Below, piece by piece: positions 27,001 through 27,959 of a stretch of 27,959 bases of DNA; positions within the stretch are counted from its first letter, which is position 1, and each line of letters starts with the position of its first letter. Origin of the DNA: a virus (taxonomy: Duplodnaviria > Caudoviricetes); the IMG/VR virus record IMGVR_UViG_3300005837_001445, positions 1-27,959 of that record. One strand, given 5' to 3'. The notes under the pieces were generated by a model, which was not told the DNA's origin, did not search any database, and was given only the letters and a program-made list of their open reading frames with translations. A program made the position numbers and the translations under genes.

Positions 27001-27959
27001 CATCATAACCAAAGTCTGGGAATAACTCGACATCCTCTTCAGGTAAAGTTACTATTGCAATCCCCATCCCGTCACTCCCATCATTATCTTTTACAACAGA
27101 AGCAATACTTTGAATTACAGAAGATGCTCTTCTAGGTTTTATTTTTTTTGCATGAGGATTTGATTCTGGCCCTGCTTTAAATTCTACAGCGCTCACATAT
27201 TGTCTCAAGCCATAATCTACATTCCCACCTTGTGTTTTTACATTTGCAGAATCAAAGTAGTAATCGTTTCTATTTTCAAATCCGACACTAGGTGTATACG
27301 GCTCATTACCTATGGGAAATAAATTATTATCAATAGAAAAAGTCCCCAAATAAATAGCAGAATCTACTTGTACTTCATTTCTAAATCTTGTAGAAGCCGC
27401 CCAAGGCTCATCAGGTATTTGTAAAAATCCGTCACTAACAGGATTATTATTGTAAAGCGCCCAAGCGCCACTTTTCAAAAATATTCTTCTAAATCTAGGG
27501 ACATATTGAAGATTTTGATAATTACCAGAGTACACGGTAGTATTTGTTGTAGCATCTGATGCAGGAAAATGATTTACATTACCGACATACAATTCTAAAT
27601 TTGAACCATTCACAACTAATTCCTTAGTTACATGAGTTACAAACTCTTGATTTTCTTCTGTAGCCGCTTTAAAATTATATGCAGACATTTTAGTTCTATC
27701 ACTATTGAAAGACTTACCCGGTCTTTTACCTACAGGAGAAGGATTCCAAGAATGGGCTGTATAGGTAGCGTCAATATGAAATTTAAAAGAATTATCTTTA
27801 CCAACATAGATTCCTTTTTCATCGTTAGAAAATAATTGATTCTGAAATACTGGTAATTCTACCAAAGCCCTAGTACTAGCGTACTGTGTGCCTAATTGAT
27901 AATCATGATTGACATCAGACGCGGCTTGTATCATTCTATCATTTATTGTAGTTCCATCA
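15086..27959 (-). CDS. Giant putative virion (tail/baseplate) protein, >4,290 aa, 5'-truncated
   Basis: Uninterrupted 12.9-kb ORF. The frame stays open past ATG27934 to the window edge (..DGTTINDR-MIQ..). Beta-rich composition with degenerate modules. Translationally coupled to the tail genes. Confidence 0.75.
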   Translation of the reverse strand, partial: DGTTINDRMIQAASDVNHDYQLGTQYASTRALVELPVFQNQLFSNDEKGIYVGKDNSFKFHIDATYTAHSWNPSPVGKRPGKSFNSDRTKMSAYNFKAATEENQEFVTHVTKELVVNGSNLELYVGNVNHFPASDATTNTTVYSGNYQNLQYVPRFRRIFLKSGAWALYNNNPVSDGFLQIPDEPWAASTRFRNEVQVDSAIYLGTFSIDNNLFPIGNEPYTPSVGFENRNDYYFDSANVKTQGGNVDYGLRQYVSAVEFKAGPESNPHAKKIKPRRASSVIQSIASVVKDNDGSDGMGIAIVTLPEEDVELFPDFGYDDLTSLDFSIGDFLYEIELDDSGTTRRLHYYGRIRTADSENVPKNSIALGFYNAAAHTVPSWLAADKKITLSRRSRAIINFNRANVTPIAAASILDEEYETYCIQATGWSVTTTSGSTNVTLASTAVTPLTSNTLGANLRIGDHIFTDGGTQSYTRLEPIGTISAITKRDFTGSPGTDYTVTLTGNTGVVVTSGNLYVSFSNAFVEDPDAILNTSWVYPYAGGGLRDGDTIWCNMTMNNPHAMEGLFAKSRGVLNENRVWKGFTGGTGTLDTNPRDSVPFENFLIGENCLETARNYVQHVNKTIEENYKSLGLSASEAPTIAYLDPYLVEEGHARVLLYDVAHDREFIAFQDIVMQVQSSPSTASIGWPRKIVKDGSLIDLAEYTATLNGGGPSWATTQIDVANGYPSQNPYIRSTQQSKFIESAYAHDVANRIGTDVLTPLSGSLPASLATSSAGATSPSIYGKAHGHHVHTGYSISGGLKKYALGDSAAKRTSDEVVLSIFSNTKHEFSRIRSFENSFVTELKKLRKDVSGATLREGSTFFDTPDGTRVIPAFLSLKGIRDETLDLSNHEESRLQHLPHWNQMEFVRRLTIDVGEVGEKTSSVEEAALEIVRKINQAAAPKASGDLGGSLHDPSPWWDDSSLVSKDKGTHMGYIRAHIGRQVQNEKGDTGFTIVIHSTVPGASGRNFAVWLDNSKGQTNYHPDFIIGHGGRWQNFWGQPLESSNEKPHPAPMPLDKNGRPFPPITTLHDLTNRDFETNFTINSDFTTRDNNTSNPVLRAISDSLAGSQINSITTESFEDTENKITVHGLRTGSRAVSRVNFGGMTKAGVPGWGPDAGKWGMGEKGNTQFAQRYGNTSLSSYGSYVPSADIQKKEILKNQLFGVQLKDHIGSKRNIRFIYADVHKDLSNSATKLPDTIEEDICVFFNDKNVADGGFTLGNNMVGTGDATGRLTGFSGDTEKEYFGGLWNPYPARNMAINIVLGSSYTHSTTKLVVVLDDPYDNTPSKENEHHDILGYLGFPKTNGRIQITNASGSGNTGLTLHYTSRTQNGNAGPHEFYGIVSEYTGDVTLTNYLISPSINWTTLVTDELLAAVTTAAINATDVNNPEGVKFDCTEMYAADGRTFGDWGIKSDSIIIRAFDTEREVVPLSKKYYASVHQDLGIQAAHLEYGEVEQTNNSTGTWSFGTQRVVTDTQIDNGRSIDCGYIPFTVLQIISKSFGPNSNTETPIIVNSSNEEVPLKNWQNNLTGSNFTNVSGDHIIPKIDNPSLFYVATSSSSGVLSYVDLKSDNVCWHFLAPATKDTGTVRSVSERKSVYFWDDVFAQFVTHQGADSGSATVLNRIEPIVGTQSPMLTTALKDNEIANNSVGVVSQFANSRISKFDGFRSLGSVDSSTIVYFTGGRSSIDNNVPVFFGGGFSGVVLDVNDGTMNDYTDFYTHPYASGPTGSSGIQNANEIVTSHAILDCNAMMAFFPGTPLLNQNRGSIIPPAHNRDNILSPDLDNAGGSINSDHPNSSPYSSGVVVQRPSPLVLRFAHPTARYGDHVNGTENKTTYIIFGPGQAFPFTQEVADNASGFNSTQPHTGRVLTTGNSWSIIPEGTFIPNEIQNDADDYMPMTSTYHNAHHRFHWRTPLNWETPAGKPLIGVLKQRPESGRMYGQMFVDGGSTGSNNDTLRSMPLRHNSMLGFGIAMGADNVFHMDGGYHPGGSWMDNQLTFNPPHPKSDTILSTWGVSGQLHPTAYRVAGPITTKVLNYAAAEGALVDGDIDREYIIVDATRCQNGNELATVLGLAINSFPGAGALKSIGGTHMPSMGNSMRQDRYGWVHLDTFVEYNTSTAPLSVTYSSSDHTTQAELEQIPASGWLKSNTSAAAWATYHSREVFNDSGWKVKFYLAPNRVSNTNKFENNTTLANSNNFPTIDGSVDIYVWSKAGVHRFNNENEATRSHMAQVHFSGLVDAIDRTRPVGAAGWHGERYSYLNSLKVGDEGYAAGLGAYHQLLNFSPYGTSSSVYDTLSTIPIVAPLARSPESLPPVDGLGSALMTYINDPYNTSTGVTYTANNLSYSRKDTDDNAPDTLHTKPVNYDITSDLPEELHHPQGLSGNAWLVVSSESEFALIAKKDRDGSTAVGDFLVLKGESSNQLQFAGTTQWDERFHSQDRFIAPAHAGPNVEALIVDDTALPTYSADLSAYTFHSGSVTDLRLENATPDRAKTGNLVTDLDFSLGSYNLESGVTVERNVVPEYYVGGTAYTSDSDYPDDYWKGDIHAFDLYKRSSSLNFNTENIVWKRMDGGNLTLPSMNYRGLGAVPKITRVLSGTAHTSGEKIFGNVRFSFETTNSAVLPSIEIPYEEKLLSNVMNIPNEEIQFEEITVVDDSGEEHIVQGGSPLGTVIRTFNVVTNRDVKGKSPSLANSGSKPNLMIALPDPKTIPGNIIVRSGFDPIMAYQNETFGSGGLLHADLSENDLKHLFDDKENSGSLYLAPTFEEVNWEHIDPVTNESVKTGWVQATKNAPLRTSYELHDRTLFFHVTKMGHSHTHRFPTTYTHSNGVENQALTVSSWDSSSVLTANATINTRIYDADFATKEVKDNRRFIRIYNPTTEESVVASYTGISGATFTGVVGDVDFTKFMAAQTITNLKIVPSYYMPAGSARFYAAARIRDHAEVSGSSPDMSHTQYFTGVDSNTEAHTIYTKPVLTPMPYPRMGHHFVNATMPMLPGHLAHPAYQSVYQRHLAELASLNGFRDRKLFDEEKTALSVSSNITTNVTEKMSPLEPEFFFSGLTATPSGPSDLAGGGFSLMFETGIKWDGYGVLGARGNAGIINKAGGHTIVLEAAKKYTLQHHFPDPREVGAYQIVIQPNIFNTQIIGYHYYSSAQKLTSQQVNTVIGTEYVSATGALVLYLSDATQADVRGCEVFINEIILDQDADFGSQFTKTPPLSTFNPFGIEMSESPSFTRRAFPYSKRFSKSTPGYSINIPWWSILHKVAPDDSGSNGFRHISQNRLDNYYELSRSTLGSIGIQLTIAGYPTIYPDIYSHILQNTSLNPKCVVVSKSSPNVTVDDASIFPETPYYGQQLEYVDSNGVRQTSTYTRRNGLQNGTVNVSNVFSGVSTGDFFNNITTGTELKLTRAYDTMPADNIFTNINRSIIANTISSLKQGTNDTYNYHTPDAFLCIWNHNLGRPYTFYSDSSRTYDNDTSDRAVDKAAYNLLPEHFETIRYQDVIYGMSTGPFDLRIKTPDVDKTGVVAAADSDHNQAGVNQASTNIHLNRFWPCGSRGGPHSSRPDVFVQAGASWIYPRKYASDDLYRWYDNTNINNNYSRNNGITAAKITTNQNYRLPFGYRISLRQPLNRPRWGLTPTRAALEDVIGSVGSVGYRAGPLVQYENRSWAKADGSTAGAFPKTYVGIMERNTNFAGQLGSDRYETQVRRSDGRRMVRPFGAPVRTLRNNNKVERDWWGDSEGKSITRLTEASQYYMVDWWGNTRGEAVRRAPVRGFGIRPAWDCGDAYEYDRTNNRTPFQRIWNNGKPIFNMKNVLDSSGDVDLQTNHTIPRFGGRLNNDNNGSSTILVDVFAPTHALRIGDMGGGRGVRYPTMFNEDILTELSSPIHTTGVVLSHHTAEPSFGTGLLRPRNDVLQADEVPRGISARLEISQDGLLKPEAVVSDKVENIVGDSPHKDVISRSSPRIGIDAQNIENKDTSHIVINTEAHSLHTDRNVGQRTVLTGAHSIGSQTLTEADFTNLSFNNTYGANNGVLKFSHTSNMRPLGGDYILEARSFSGLFDDSGWGVASLTGSNNTSNPYQSTTSYTSDSIRNNDKDQTVKFLLRPIRVLDKYHVETFRSKSAPTTQTGGDYFQGTAGGKYGLFTYDTPNGRVADANTPDNRGVPNSNGPYMPIFYMINTNDQVPSAMGPNLKGSNFVDNSSLLDSVVRLIPSQNTLQHHASDTPRDGDFNVKPRFSQSLHPKGDKGDVTYGTSDHTGDAT

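Larger units (their letters stand above)
1..27959. mobile_element. Tailed archaeal virus genome segment, magrovirus-like (probable host Marine Group II/Poseidoniales)
   Basis: Archaeal PriL, ERCC4 nuclease, MCM-like ATPase and thermosome sit next to Caudoviricetes-type tail genes. GGTGA SDs and dense gene packing. This combination is known for magroviruses. No integrase or host flank is visible. Confidence 0.82.

Noticed and set aside
15323-27835. Short + strand ORFs inside the giant gene
   Set aside because: Antisense to a 12.9-kb ORF, with no recognisable motifs.
27932-27934. ATG27934 as the true start of the giant gene
   Set aside because: The frame stays open to the window edge and there is no SD upstream, unlike the other genes in the operon.
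15086-27959. Giant ORF as tape measure, intein-containing protein or virion RNA polymerase
   Set aside because: No long helical/coiled-coil composition, no intein splice or LAGLIDADG motifs, and no DFDGD-type motif noticed.
1-27959. CRISPR array, tRNA/rRNA, DGR, invertase cassette or integrase
   Set aside because: No regularly spaced repeats, cloverleafs, reverse transcriptase, adenine-variable repeat pair or recombinase seen. There is very little intergenic space.

Overview
A fragment of an AT-rich (about 35% GC by eye) tailed archaeal virus genome. Gene content best matches magroviruses, the viruses of Marine Group II archaea (Poseidoniales); this is inferred from gene content, not from a database search. 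The + strand (1-5843) is a replication/recombination block: the C-terminal Fe-S domain of primase PriL, small Zn-finger ORFs, an ERCC4/XPF nuclease, an MCM-like AAA+ ATPase, a DEDD exonuclease, a group II chaperonin (thermosome), and a chain of micro-ORFs missing from the ORF track. The convergent - strand (5846-27959) is a tail/adsorption operon: a giant virion protein of more than 4,290 aa (open past the window edge), a hub-like protein, a small tail-collar-like protein, three paralogous fibres, a putative distal protein and a tail-fibre assembly chaperone. The main observations are: (1) apparent complete absence of GATC, AGCT and CCWGG across 28 kb, with all 18 Pro-Gly pairs coded CCS-GGN; (2) a fibre set sharing an N-terminal peptide and a C-terminal domain, which could form a daisy-chained fibre; (3) the giant modular protein; (4) a thermosome with YDGTTT in place of GDGTTT; (5) a palindrome-dense spacer before the helicase-like gene.
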